Numbered from the stretch's first letter, positions 28,823 through 43,236 are shown. The stretch is DNA of 64,000 bases from Octopus vulgaris (GCA_951406725.2 OX597837.1:9858001-9922000), one strand, 5' to 3'. The notes: generated from the sequence alone by a model not told the origin. A program made the numbers and translations.

Positions 28823-28948
28823 TGTATATATGCTTGCATGTATGTTTGTGTGTATGTATGGATATATGTATGGCGGTGCCCCAGCATGGCCACAGCTCAT
28901 GAGCTGAAACTAGATAAAATAAAAAAATTATAAATAATATACATACTA

Positions 28949-28980
<32 letters not shown>

Positions 28981-29013
28981 GTATGTATGAATGAATATGT
29001 ATATGTATGTATG

Positions 29014-29055
<42 letters not shown>

Positions 29056-29065
<10 letters not shown>

Positions 29066-29466
29066 TATTAGAGACAAAACCACTATTTTGCAAAACAAAC
29101 AAGGAAAGACTTAATCAATACATAAAATTTTAATAAATAGTCAAAAAAACCGCCACTACAATCGTTTCTTGTCTTGATCGACAATCTTCAGGTGGACTTC
29201 AATAAGTCAGTTTCAAATTATTAATTTGAAACTGACTTATTGAAGTCCACCTGAAGATTGTCGATCAAGACAAGAAACGATTGTAGTGGCGGTTTTTTTG
29301 ACTATTTATTAAAATTTTATGTATTGATTAAGTCTTTCCTTGTTTGTTTTGCAAAATAGTGGTTTTGTCTCTAATAACATTTTATAATATTTTACTATAA
29401 AATTGGATTTAATCCTAAATCTGATTTTTCCCTGTAAATTTGGATTTATTCCCTAATATTTATTAT

Positions 29467-29470
<4 letters not shown>
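29056..29470. mobile_element. Inverted Penelope-type terminal repeat: 165-bp-arm palindrome plus tail, in (TA)n
   Basis: 29056-29220 is the reverse complement of 29222-29386 (centre 29221, one mismatch seen). (TA)n on both sides. Confidence 0.85.
29247..29289 (+). ncRNA. Type I hammerhead ribozyme (mirror copy on minus, 29153-29195)
   Basis: CCAC-CTGAAGA-TTGTC-GATCAA-GACAA-GAAA-CGATTG-TA-GTGG. Confidence 0.8.
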
Positions 29471-29514
<44 letters not shown>

Positions 29515-29789
29515 CATGAGAGAAAAGGAGAGAAAATGGAATTCACGCGACTCTTTATTATTCATTACGATCGTTTCGGCCCATCGTGTATTTGTACCTC
29601 GTGGGTGATATACTTTACGAACAGTTGTGCTGCATCATTGGTGCGGGTGTCGTGTCATGTGACTTGTCAAAAGGTGCCCCCTTTCTTTAATCTCCGTTTC
29701 GCTTATTTCGATTTTGGCAGTTAAAATGAAGAACACTTCTCGTATAAGTAATAATTGATTTACAAAGGATCAAAAAATATTTTCCAATT

Positions 29790-30020
29790 GACATCCATAA
29801 AATCTAATAAACCGGATATTAATGTGAACGACCCAAAACAATAAAGCTTGTTTATTGATTGACATGAGCATACCATGTGATCATAATATTTCATCAACAA
29901 AATTTTGAAAAGCTTAGAAAATATAAAAATTTGCTGATTGAAATCGGAATGAGGAAGCATCTTAAGACGATTACAATATCAATGAATATAGGAACACTTG
30001 GAACGACCAAAAAAAGGACA
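29790..30020 (+). mobile_element. Degenerate restriction-like endonuclease domain of an R4/Dong-like element
   Basis: With frameshifts: NKPDI...CLLIDMSIPCDHNIS...FEKLRKYKNLLIEIGMRKHLKTITISMNIGTLGTTKK (PD..D..K motif). Confidence 0.7.
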
Positions 30021-30353
30021 TCCCTGACTTGTTTTAACGGGTACGCCACACGTATTGAGAAGAACATTGTCGCTGTGAGTTTTCTTTCCTTTTTTGCCCC
30101 TTTTTTCTTTTTCTTTCTTTCATTTTTCCATTTATATAGAAATATAGAAAGGATTGAGGTAACTCCACCTGAAGATATATGAATCAAGGTTAAATGAGTC
30201 CAATCTTCAACTGGTTCAAAAAATAATTTTGGCAATCTACCAAAATGAAGTAGATTGACAAAATTATTTTTTGAACCAGTTAAAGACACACAAGATGTTT
30301 GAAATATCGTTCACTAGATAACAATGGCACTCTTCTTTTAATTTTAATAACAC

Positions 30354-30417
<64 letters not shown>

Positions 30418-30558
30418 TCGTTCGTTTATTGGCCACAAGGGCTAACAAAAGTCAATTAAAACATAAAGGGACAAAACACAGGACGAAAGTTAAAAAGGGT
30501 TTTGTCCGTTTGAAAAAGGTCCGTGTAAAAGTTCAAGAGATAACAATGAAAATCTAAC

Positions 30559-30599
<41 letters not shown>

Positions 30600-30613
30600 T
30601 GATGATGATAACA

Positions 30614-30652
<39 letters not shown>

Positions 30653-31454
30653 ATATATACACAACTCTCTCCCCCCATACTTTCTTTCTCATTCTCACTC
30701 GCCTCTCTCTTTTCCTCCCTCTCTCTCTTTCTCTCTTTTTCTTTAAATACGGACACAAACACACATACATAATTACATAAACACCTGTATACATATCTTT
30801 ATTATAACACTCAACTACTCACAGTTACGTGCTTATGCACTCACACACACACATACACCTGAGATTTAAATGTATTACAAATTAATGACTTAATATGTAT
30901 GAAAGTCATCACCAACCGCCAAACCAGCCACCAACTAAATCGCCAGCCCGCCAGACTGTCAGCCAAGTCTTGTAATCCGTGAGGTCGCTTACGACTGCGG
31001 GTTTATGCTCCACTTTGAACATTTGCAAACACATGCACGCACATATGCATATTGAAACAGCATAATAAATGCATGCATGCACCAAAGTGCAGCTGCATAC
31101 ACACACGCACACACACACACGTTCACAGACACAAACACATACATATATCTACATACAGATACAGGGATACGTATATAGCTATTGAGAAGAAATAAGAAAG
31201 CAATCACCACCAGAGGTGTATATACATACACACACAGCGACACACAAACACACAAACATACGCTTATATATACATACATACATACATACATATACTTATA
31301 TACATGTACATACAACTATATATATATATACACATACATATATATATACATAAATATACTCAAACATAATATACATACACACATATATACATATAGTTAT
31401 ATATATACATATATATATATACTTATATTTACATATATATATTCACATGACCAA

Positions 31455-31865
31455 TACCTATTTCTTTACTGCCCACAAGGAGCTAAACACAGAGAGGACA
31501 AACAAGGACATACAAACGGATTAGGTCGACCCCAGAGCGTAACTGGTACTTATTTAATCGACCCCGAAAGGATGAAAGGCAAAGTCAACCTCGGCGGAAT
31601 TTGAACTCAGAACGTAGCGGCAGACGAAATACCTATTTCTTTACTGCCCACTAGGGGCTAAACACAGAGGGGACAAACAAGGACAGACAAACGGATTAAG
31701 TTGGTTATATCGACCCCAGTGCGTAACTGGTACTTATTTAATCGACCTCGAAAAGATGAAAGGCAAAGTAGACCTCGACGGAATTTGATCTCAGAACGTA
31801 ACGGCAGACGAAATACCGCTAAGCATTTCGTCCGACGTGCTAACGATTCTGCCAGCTTGCCACCC
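31455..31865 (-). mobile_element. SINE family B tandem dimer
   Basis: Same junction as 27052-27462. Confidence 0.85.
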
Positions 31866-32057
31866 TTTCACACGACCAATACCAGCAAAAACACACACAT
31901 ATAGTCCAAAACATAATGCATACACTTACATATATAGATAAACCAATGACACAATTATGGATATTTTTCAGACATGCGCCACAAGAGTCAACGGAGAAAT
32001 CCTGATAGTCGTCTTCATTTGAAGCGTATATACACACACACATATACATATATACAC

Positions 32058-32121
<64 letters not shown>

Positions 32122-32439
32122 GATATATGCTATACGTTTGTGTATCTTTTCTCAGCAATCGACTCGAGAGAGAGTTCTGTGATCTTAACATAAAAGAGAA
32201 CGTGTGTGTGTGAGACCGACCCAGGGGGAAGTAACTGTCAGAAGCTTCTTGCTTCGATGGAGATGGCATTTACGGATACTACGAGAACTACTATTGAATC
32301 TACAGGAACTTTGGAATGTTACGTGGACAGCTATGGAAAGTAAGATCTCAAAAAATCTATCTTTTACCCTCTTTTGCTCTCTTTTCGTTGTTTTCATCCT
32401 TTTACTTCTCATTATTCATTATCATTATTATTATTATCA

Positions 32440-32852
32440 TCATGGTGATCTCATATCAAGATAAACAGCACATGACCTTGCAGGTGGGACCCAGTTAGAA
32501 TTTTCTTCTTGTCGAGTAACCCATCCCACTCAAAAAGTCCCTGAATATACGAAGCCCAGTATACCCATCATGACTACCCGTCTGATAAGGGTACACCAGG
32601 CACATGCATCACAACGATATGTGCGCAACATGGTGATCTCATATCAAGATAAACAGCACATGACCTCGCGGGTGAGGCCCAGTTAGAATTTTCTTCTTGT
32701 CGAGTAACCCATCCCACTCAAAATGTCCCTGAATAAAGGTTGTTTAAGGATGTTGAACGAAACACCCATGTTTCCAAAGGTGAATTATTCAAACCCCAAA
32801 GAATCCCTCTCAACACATAGCTATGATGCTCCCCCACTTATTATTATTATTA

Positions 32853-32891
<39 letters not shown>

Positions 32892-33277
32892 GTTTTTTTC
32901 CTTCTTCCTTCAATTTTGTTTCCATTTCTTGCCGAGCGTCTTTCCGACGCCCAGAACACCGGACAAAGAGATTCACTGTGTACACTAATAGGCCGTTAAA
33001 ATATACATACCTGATTGTTCATTTACAAAATCAAGTCTTGTAGAAAAGTATTATCATTACAATTATTACAGTTATTATTAGGGTTTTTCCACGAGTAACC
33101 TTTCGAAGCGCCTCCCCCTATTGGGAGTTTTAATTGTTACTTACATTTCTTTGTCATCCTGCTTTTGTACACGGACGTTTTTCAAACGGACAAAACCCTT
33201 CGTAACTTTCGTCCTGTGTTTTGCCCCTTTATGTTTTAACTGATTTTTGTTAGCCCTTGTGGCCAATAAACGAACAA

Positions 33278-33328
<51 letters not shown>

Positions 33329-33822
33329 GAGTGAGAGAGCAGCACATGCAATCAAAGGGACAGCGGGGTAGAAATATACGAAGCCCAATATACCCGTCAC
33401 GAATACTCGAGGCGCGACATGGTGATCTCATATCAAGGTAAACAGCGTATGAGCATGCAATTTTTTAAATTTCAAGTCGAATGACCCATCCCACTCAAAA
33501 GGTACCTGAATAAGTTTTGGTTGGAGATGTTTTAAAGACACACCCGTGTTTCTAGAGGTGAATTATTCAAATCACAAATAATTCATCTCAGCACATGGCT
33601 ATGATGCTCCCCCACTACTTCTGCTCGTGATCAGAAATGCACATATCGTCAGCCACTAAGGGACATGCTCAGCTGGTTAAGGTCAAACAACTGACAAGCA
33701 AATCTGTGGTATTGAGCAGAATATTTGCTGTAGCCCATCTTTTAGACCAAAACAAAACAATGTACATGATAACACTTCCAATCAGTTAAGATGAGAAGTC
33801 AAGAGAACCATTGCCTGGTATT
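32440..33822 (-). mobile_element. Cluster of TAA-associated elements: two family D copies, a Dong-like 3' UTR (~32893-33040) and family E tail (33080-33277, +)
   Basis: Homology to 7233-7775, 36428-36540 and 7824-8052; separated by (ATT)n tracts. Confidence 0.7.
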
Positions 33823-33844
33823 TTATCATCATCATCATCATCAT

Positions 33845-33880
<36 letters not shown>

Positions 33881-34150
33881 CATTTTAATACTTCGCTTAG
33901 AACTTAATGTGGACATGCTTCAGAACGAAGTGTCAGTTAAGTACAGAGGGTCGTAAGGAATCTGAATGACGAAGGAATAAATATTTATGCAATGGATTTC
34001 GTTATAAATATATATTATATTATATAATATATAATATTATATTATATTATATTATATAATATATAATATTATATAATATTATATTATATTATATATATAT
34101 ATATAATATTATATCCGTAAAATAATATGTGACAATTATTTAAAAGCCAA

Positions 34151-34211
34151 GATAAAACTCTGAGTTTCGGATGACGAAGTGGAAATCCACAACACCATCT
34201 CTTCGGTTATC
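34151..34211 (-). ncRNA. Type I hammerhead-like motif, CCGAAGA core
   Basis: Minus: GATAA-CCGAAGA-GATGG...TCATCC-GAAA-CTCAGAG-TT-TTATC; lies between TA-rich tracts. Confidence 0.6.
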
Positions 34212-34283
34212 TGGCCATCTCTTTCTTTCTTTTCTTATCTTACCGTTTTTACCAATATATAATATTATATATATATATATATA

Positions 34284-34368
<85 letters not shown>

Positions 34369-35159
34369 AGGTTTGGAGATGATGTACAGGTTTTATATAT
34401 TAGAAGAAATGAGGTACTCAGAAAATCGGATGGTTTATATTTACAGATATTTATTTGTATATTACATTTTTTATACATCATATAACTTAGATCATGTATT
34501 AGCGCTTTCTCCCATTCTAGTGAGGTTTTCAAATTGAACTAATTTCCTGTGTGTAGAGTTTTGACCATTTTATAGTGGTATTGAGTTTGTGGTGGTGGGG
34601 AGGAATATAAGACAGTACAAGAGGGTGATGGATGAGGAGAAAGTGAGAGAGAGAACATGTGTATATATGTGTGTGTGTGTGTGTGTGTTTTTGTATTTGG
34701 GATGAGTGCTAAAGAAAAAGAGGGGAAGAGAGAGGAAAGAAGAAGAAAAGAATGTTTTTGGTCTGCTGGACAGGATATTGACTCCAAGGAGGGGGTCTAA
34801 AATCTTGGGGAATATATATATATAGTAAATAAAAAAAAACGAAGAACAGACAAGCAAAAAACAACGCGAGGACGTGGTACATGCAAAACATTAGCAGATG
34901 CTGAGGGAAGGAAAGAAAGGTGGTTTAACGTTTCGAGCAATGCTCTTTTTCAGAAACTGCAAATAGAGGGAAGTCCAAGAGAAAAGGAAGGCCGAGGAAA
35001 CAAAATAGGCAACGATTTACATGTGGTTACGTTTTGATGCATGTCTGCATATTTTTGCTTTCAGGCTATCTATATTTGGCCTAATTGTTTAAATCTTATA
35101 TAATTGATGTGTTTTCTTTCGTCTATTTCTATATCTGCTTATGTTTGTGCCTATGCACA

Positions 35160-35179
35160 CACACATACTTATACATAAA

Positions 35180-35212
<33 letters not shown>

Positions 35213-35635
35213 GCATACATACATGCATACATGCATGCATACATACATACAAACGTACAAACGTACATACATACATACATACATATACATACATACATGT
35301 ACATACATACGTATACATATACATACATACATGCATGCAAACATACATGCAAACATACATACATGCATACATACATACATACATACATAAATACATGCAT
35401 ACATATACATAAACATATACATAAAGTTATACACATATATATATATATATATATATAGTTACACACACAAACGCACTCACGAACGCATACTAACACACAC
35501 ATATATACGCATACACATACACTTATATAAATTTATACATATATATATAGTTACACACACAAACGCACACACGAACGCATGCTAACACACACACACATAT
35601 ACACATACACATACACTTCCACATATATATGTACC
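35160..35635. repeat. (CATA)n/(CA)n array
   Basis: Direct reading. Confidence 0.9.
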
Positions 35636-35775
35636 TGTATGATTGTATAAGTACAAATCTATCCTCTTTCTATTCACTAAGTATATGAATTAATCCCTCG
35701 TCACCTGTGTGTAAACACGTGATGGATTACGACGGTCTACTTACCTATATTGTATATTGTATATTTACGGATAAA

Positions 35776-35990
35776 GGCGGCAAGCAGGCAGAAACGTTAG
35801 CACACGGGGCGAAATGCTTAGCAGCATTTCGTCTGTCTTTACGTTCTGAGTTCAAATTCTGCCGAGGTCGACTTTGCCTTTCATCCTATCGGGGTCGATA
35901 AATTTAAGTACCAGTTGCGTACTGATGTCGATCTAATCGAGTGTCTCCTTCCCGCAAAATTTCGGGCCTTGGGCTTAGTGTAAAAAAGAA
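35776..35990 (+). mobile_element. SINE family B
   Basis: Family head and body. Confidence 0.8.
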
Positions 35991-36139
35991 TATTGCTAAG
36001 GCAATGACCTGGCAGTCTTTAAAGTGCTTAGAACCGTTCTAATTATTCGATAAATTAAGTACCAGTGATATACTGAGGTGGATGTAATCGACTTGTACCC
36101 GCCACCAAGATTTCAGGCCTTGTTCCTATAGTAGAAAGG

Positions 36140-36207
<68 letters not shown>

Positions 36208-36222
36208 CATTATTATTATTAA

Positions 36223-36289
<67 letters not shown>

Positions 36290-36359
36290 ATCATTATTAT
36301 TATTATTATTAATATCATTATTATTATTATTAATATCATTATTATTATTATTATTAATA

Positions 36360-36405
<46 letters not shown>

Positions 36406-36427
36406 CATTATTATTATTATTATTATG

Positions 36428-36772
36428 TTTTTCCTTCTTTCTTCAAATTTTCTTCCGTTTCTCGCCGAGTGTTTTCCATACACCTAGGGCAGAGAAGCTC
36501 ATTATATGCATTCCCAGATTACACACGCAAATTCACAGATAGAATATGTATTTAAAAATTAATAAATAAATAAATTCGTAGATGGATGTTGTTTTCACAG
36601 CGATAATGCTCTTCTCAATACATGAGCCGTTCCAGTTAATACGATTTTTTGCACTTCCTGTAGGGATGGTAAGCTTGGAATCATTTTCAAATAGGTTTCA
36701 GTACCTTTTTTTATCATTCCTAGAGATCCTACAATCACTGGTACTGTAGTCGCCTTGAGATGCCACATTTTT
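36428..36772 (-). mobile_element. 5'-truncated R4/Dong-like element inserted in (TAA)n
   Basis: Minus 36771-36595: KMWHLKATTVPVIVGSLGMIKKGTETYLKMIPSLPSLQEVQKIVLTGTAHVLRRALSL*. (ATT)n on both sides. Confidence 0.85.
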
Positions 36773-36776
36773 CATC

Positions 36777-36810
<34 letters not shown>

Positions 36811-36811
<1 letters not shown>

Positions 36812-37355
36812 GAGTGGTAGAGCAGTGCATGCCATCAAACTGACACTGGGGTAGAATATACGAAGCCCAATCATGACTCCCTATCTGATAAGGGTACACC
36901 AGACACATGCATCACAACGATATCTGCGTGACACAGGGATCTCAAATCATGATAAACAGCACATGACCTCGCGGGTGAGGCCCAGTTGGAATTTTCTTCA
37001 GGTGGTCGTGTAGCCCATCCATCTCAAAAGGTCCCTGAATAAGGGTTGTTTAAGTATGTTGAACGAAACACCCATGTTTCCAGAGATGAATTATCCAAAC
37101 CTCCAAGAATTCCTCTCAACACACGGCTATGATGCACCCCCACTACTTCTGCTCGTGATCAGAGATGCACATATCGTCAGCCACCAAAGACATGGTCAAC
37201 TGGTTAAGGCCAAGCAACTGACAAGCAAATCTGAGCTGAATATTTGCTGTGGCCCATCTTTTATACCAAGACAAAACAATGTACATGATAACACTTCCAA
37301 TCAGTTAAGCTCAGAAGCCATGAGAACCACTGCCTGGTACTGCATCTGGGCATTC
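36811..37355 (-). mobile_element. Family D element, full length, between (ATT)n tracts
   Basis: Reverse complement of 7233-7775. Confidence 0.85.
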
Positions 37356-37438
37356 TATTATTATTATTATTATTATTATTATTATCATTATTATTATTAT
37401 TATCATTATTATTATTTTTATTATTATTATTATTATTA

Positions 37439-37482
<44 letters not shown>

Positions 37483-37516
37483 ATTATTATTATTATCATC
37501 ATCATCATTATAATTC

Positions 37517-37550
<34 letters not shown>

Positions 37551-37581
37551 CATTATTATTATTATTATCATCATCATTATA

Positions 37582-37640
<59 letters not shown>

Positions 37641-37725
37641 CATCATCATCATTATAATTCTTCTTCTTATTATTATTATTATTATTATTATTATCATTAT
37701 TATTATTATTATCATCATCATTATA

Positions 37726-37784
<59 letters not shown>

Positions 37785-37869
37785 CATCATCATCATTATA
37801 ATTCTTCTTCTTATTATTATTATTATTATTATTATTATCATTATTATTATTATTATCATCATCATTATA

Positions 37870-37905
<36 letters not shown>
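37356..37905. repeat. (ATT)n/(ATC)n array with higher-order duplication
   Basis: ATCATCATCATTATAATT(CTT) motif recurs periodically. Confidence 0.9.
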
Positions 37906-38349
37906 GAATGATAGAGCAGCGTAATGCCATCACGGTGATGCTGCAGTACAAAGTGAATTATCCAAACCTCCCAGAATCCCTCTCAACACACGGCTATGAT
38001 GCTCCCCCACTACTTCTGCTCGTGGTCAGAGATGCACATATCGTCAGCCACTAAGGGACATGGTCAACTGGTTAAGGTCAAACAACTGACAAGCAAATCT
38101 GTGGTATTGAGCAGAATATTTGCTGTAGCCGATGGTGATCCTGCTGCTGGGTTGTTTTTTTCACTGTTTTTAATAACTTAATCTTGTAATCTTCTTTAAT
38201 GAGATTATCTTAATTTGAATTTGTTTGTTTAGCAAATAAAATTAAATCGGTGGGTGGGTGGGTGGGTGGTTTGGTGGATCCGGTAAAAGGGATTCAGTTA
38301 AGTTACTTTGTATGGATTTAGAGATGGGTGTGGATTTTCAGATGCCCAT

Positions 38350-38736
38350 GTTTGAGTGTATATGAATGTGTGTGTGTGTGTGTGTTTGTCTGAATCTCTG
38401 TGTGTTAGTATATGAATGTCTGTGTGTGTGTGTGTGTTTTCTGAATCTGTGTATGTTAGTATATGAATGTGTGTTTGTTTGAATGTGTGCGTGTTAGTAT
38501 ATATGTGTGTGTGTGTGTGTGTATGTGTGTGCATTTGTCTGAATCTGTGTGTGTTAGTATATGAATGTGTGTGTGTGTGTGTGTGTGTGTGTTTGTCTGA
38601 ATGTGTGTGTGTTAATATATGAATGTGTGTGTGTGTGTTTGTCTGAATCTCTGTGTGTTAGTATATGAATGTGTGTATTTGTGTGTGTGTTTGTCTGAAT
38701 CTGTGTGTGTGTGTGTTTGTCTGAATCTGTGTGTTA

Positions 38737-38796
<60 letters not shown>

Positions 38797-38825
38797 CTGC
38801 GTGTGTGTGTGCGCGTATGTGCGTG
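38350..38825. repeat. GT-rich minisatellite, unit TGTCTGAATCTGTGTGTGTTAGTATATGAATG
   Basis: Recurs about 7 times. Confidence 0.85.
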
Positions 38826-39115
38826 CGATGAAAGATGTTAAGAGTGTAGAATGATTGTACGCTAAAATCTATAGTGACCGACTCTGCTAAAAATAGCAGC
38901 CGAATCTTTAACTTCTTCAAGACACGGACATGTACAACAGTCTTACAAAGAATGCCAAATAAATAAGTAAAAACAAGTAACTGGTATGAAAATGCCCAGA
39001 TCAAGAATACTTAATAAGAAAGAGATTCTTTTCTACTCTAGGCATAAGAGCCGAATTGTGGGGGGGGGCAGTCGATTATATCGCATCCAGTACGCAACTG
39101 GTACTTAATCTATCG

Positions 39116-39625
39116 ACCCACATAGCCTTGTCTTGACCACATAGTCATGTCTTGACCACAAAACCACGCTTTGACCACATAGCCATGTCTTAACCATAAA
39201 ACCATGCCTTGACCACATAGCCATGTCTTGACCACACGACCATGCCTTGACCACAAAGCCATGCCTTGACCACATAGCAATGTCTTGACCACATAGCAAT
39301 GTCTTGACCACATAGCCATGGCTTAACTACATAGCTATGTCTTGACCACAAAACTATGTCTTGACTACATAGCTATGTCTTGACCACATGGCCATGTCTT
39401 GACCACATAGCCATGGCTTGCCCATATGGTCATGTCTTGACCACATAGCCATGTCTTGACTACATGGCCATGTCTTGACCACACGACCATGCCTTTATCA
39501 CAAAACCATGCCTTGACCACATGGCCATGTCTTGACCACAAAACCATGTCTTGACCACATAGCCATGTCTTGACCACACGACCATGCCTTGATCACAAGG
39601 CCATGCCTTGACCACATAGCCATGT
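39116..39625. repeat. 19-bp minisatellite (TTGACCACATAGCCATGTC), ~26 copies
   Basis: Direct reading. Confidence 0.93.
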
Positions 39626-40759
39626 TTGCGCCAATGTTTTTCGGACTTTTCCTACTCTATCAATTCGCTTTTATCATGTGTTACATACTTACGTAATAAC
39701 ATGCTTCGAAATAAACTATCAGTTCAAGACCCATCGGTTGGAACAAAGAAGCTGTGTTCTTGGAGATATATTCCACTCTCTCTCTCTCTCTTGTTATCAG
39801 AAAGTTCATTTAAGTCTACTAAGTGGTTTAGTGTGCTGGCTAAAAGGAGCAATTCTTCGCTGAAAATAACGACGCCTGATACTACATTTTTACAGCAGGG
39901 TAACAAATGTTACGGCGAGACGTAAACAAACCAGCATCGGTTATCAAGCGGTGGCAGAGAGACACAAACCCACAAATACACACATACATATATATGTATG
40001 CATATATATATATGTATATATATATATGTATATTTATATATGTATGTATATATATATGTAAATATATACGACGGGCTTCTTTCAGTTTTCACCTACCAAA
40101 TCAACTGACAAGGCTCTGGTCGGCCCTAGGCTATACTAGAAGATAGATAGGTGGATAGATAGATAGATAGATATATTTTTATACAGGTACCGGCCGTGGT
40201 TGTATAAAAGTGTTGAAATTGGTTTAAGGTTACTCAAGGAGATTCTTGCGGAGCGAATTCCAAAATTAGTAAACATGGTTTACAGTTTCCATAAGTGCGA
40301 TATTCTCTGACCAAAGATTCCGCAATACGGAGATGCTTATAAATGGCTGCATAGAAATCTGATAGAATTTTCTTGTATAAAAGTCAAGAGGTTCAGATAA
40401 TTGCGAAAGTGCATCCATTTCTGTGAGCAGAAAATGGTAAAAATCAGTAGCATGGTGGAAAATAATGTGGTGGGGGGGAGGAGAAAAAAATTGAACGCTA
40501 AAGATATCGATTCAGATATTCAGCTTATGTAAAGGAGAGACCAAATATATATATACACCTCGCTAACCCACATATACATACATACATACATATAAAAGTA
40601 CATACATACACACACAGAAACACTGGCATCCATAAAGTTAAATTCACAAGCATTGCCGCGCGCGCGCTTATACAAACACACACATAAATATACACATATA
40701 TTATATATTATATATACATATATATATACATATATATATAAATATATATATATATACAT

Positions 40760-40792
<33 letters not shown>

Positions 40793-40997
40793 GAAATGGA
40801 TAAATGAATTATCTTGTTACGGATTATTCAAAAGATAACCGATACCTGGGTAGCAAAAGTCACAACAGAAAAATCACGGTTGAGGTTACGACCATGGGGT
40901 CTCAAACCCGTGCCTTAGTGCGGAAATTTGAAGTTTATATATTTAGTGTAGGAAGAAATGGAGCTGAACGAAGATTTAACAAAATTCCTTTTTATTA

Positions 40998-41081
40998 TTT
41001 TCTACATATGTTTCAAAGGCTGCAAACTCCCTAATTCAGATTGAATAAGGAGACCATTTTGCAGCCTTCTCTTCAGGAAAA
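40998..41081 (-). ncRNA. Type I hammerhead ribozyme with long paired stem II
   Basis: Minus: TTTTC-CTGAAGA-G-AAGGCTGCAAA...TTTGCAGCCTT-T-GAAA-CATATG-TA-GAAAA; inside a ~500-bp segment bounded by (TA)n. Confidence 0.75.
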
Positions 41082-41310
41082 TTCAGGAACTTAATTCTCC
41101 AACAAAATGCACATCAAACTTATCGACAAACGCTCGCGAGGAGCCCATGGGGTAAATGGCACAAAACTGTCTCTCAATATGCGTTGACGCCAGGCTGGGT
41201 GAAAGCCGACGAAAAAGTCCGTTGAGATAAATCAAGGTCAAAATCCGGCTAACAGGGGGAGGGTTACAGGAAAATCAAAGAGTGAGAATGTATTCTGTAT
41301 GACTGGTGTT

Positions 41311-41820
<510 letters not shown>

Positions 41821-41876
41821 CTATCCTCTAAATTTCACTTAAACCTTACTGACAAAGCACTTAAGTAGCAAAACAC

Positions 41877-41946
<70 letters not shown>

Positions 41947-42203
41947 AAATTCATCCGACAGAATGAAAACGTTTTTTTTTTTTTCATTGCTCTTTGCCCT
42001 TTTTTTGAGTTGTGTAGATGAATATGTATGAGCGGCGATTGTGAATGTGTGTGAATTTGGGGCATGAAGAGTAGTTTCGATGGCCGACTTCAAACGGCCT
42101 TGCTTCGCTCATTGTTGTATAGACGTGTGTCTGTGTGTATGCAGTGCATATGAGTGATATAAATACATACCCAATACGTACCCATGTATTATGTGTTTGT
42201 GTG

Positions 42204-42261
<58 letters not shown>

Positions 42262-42377
42262 AAAAAAGAACACAAACTGGGACAAGAACGCAAAACATTT
42301 AGAAGACGATACAAAAAACACGAACGGGACATTCGAAGCCTTCAATCTTCCTTGCAATTTAGGCTGATTAATCTTGA

Positions 42378-42470
<93 letters not shown>

Positions 42471-42529
42471 ATTCTTGGTGTTGCAATAATAATAATAATA
42501 ATAACAATAGTTATTATTATTATTATTAT

Positions 42530-42571
<42 letters not shown>

Positions 42572-42587
42572 CTGCTGCAGCAGACGC

Positions 42588-42639
<52 letters not shown>

Positions 42640-42655
42640 TAAAAATTCTATGTTG

Positions 42656-43180
42656 GCGCAGGTATGGTGGCTGTGTGATTAAGAAGCTTGCTTTGCAGCC
42701 ACATGGTTTCGGTTTCAGTCCCACAGCGCGGGACCTTGGCCAAGTTTTTTTCTGCTATAGCTGCGAGTGGACCAATGCTTTGTGAGTGAATTTGGTTGAC
42801 GAAAACTGTGTGGAAGCCCATCATATATATATTTGTGTGTGTGTGTGTTTGTTTCCTTGTGTCTGTCTCCCACCCCCACTGCTTGACAACTGGTGTTCGT
42901 TTGTTTACGTTCCCGTAACGTAGCGATCAGGCAAAAAGAGTCTGATAGAATACTCTTTACTCTTTACTCTTTTACTTGTTTCAGTCATTTGACTGCGGCC
43001 ATGCTGGAGCACCGCCTTTTATCGAGCAACTCGACCCCGGGACTTATTCTTTTGTAAGCCCAGTACTTATTCTGTCGATCTCTTTTGCCGAACCGCTAAG
43101 TAACGGGGACATAAACACACCAGCATCGGTTGTCAAGCAATGCTAGGGGGACAAACACAGACACACAAACACACACACAC

Positions 43181-43236
<56 letters not shown>

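Noticed and set aside
29561-29590. Half hammerhead GGCC-GAAA-CGATCG-TA on minus
   Set aside because: No matching CUGANGA or stem I found nearby.
40190-40430. Degenerate GIY-YIG C-terminus (KHLRIAESL) on minus; similar hint at 21660-21900
   Set aside because: Too short and decayed to support by eye.
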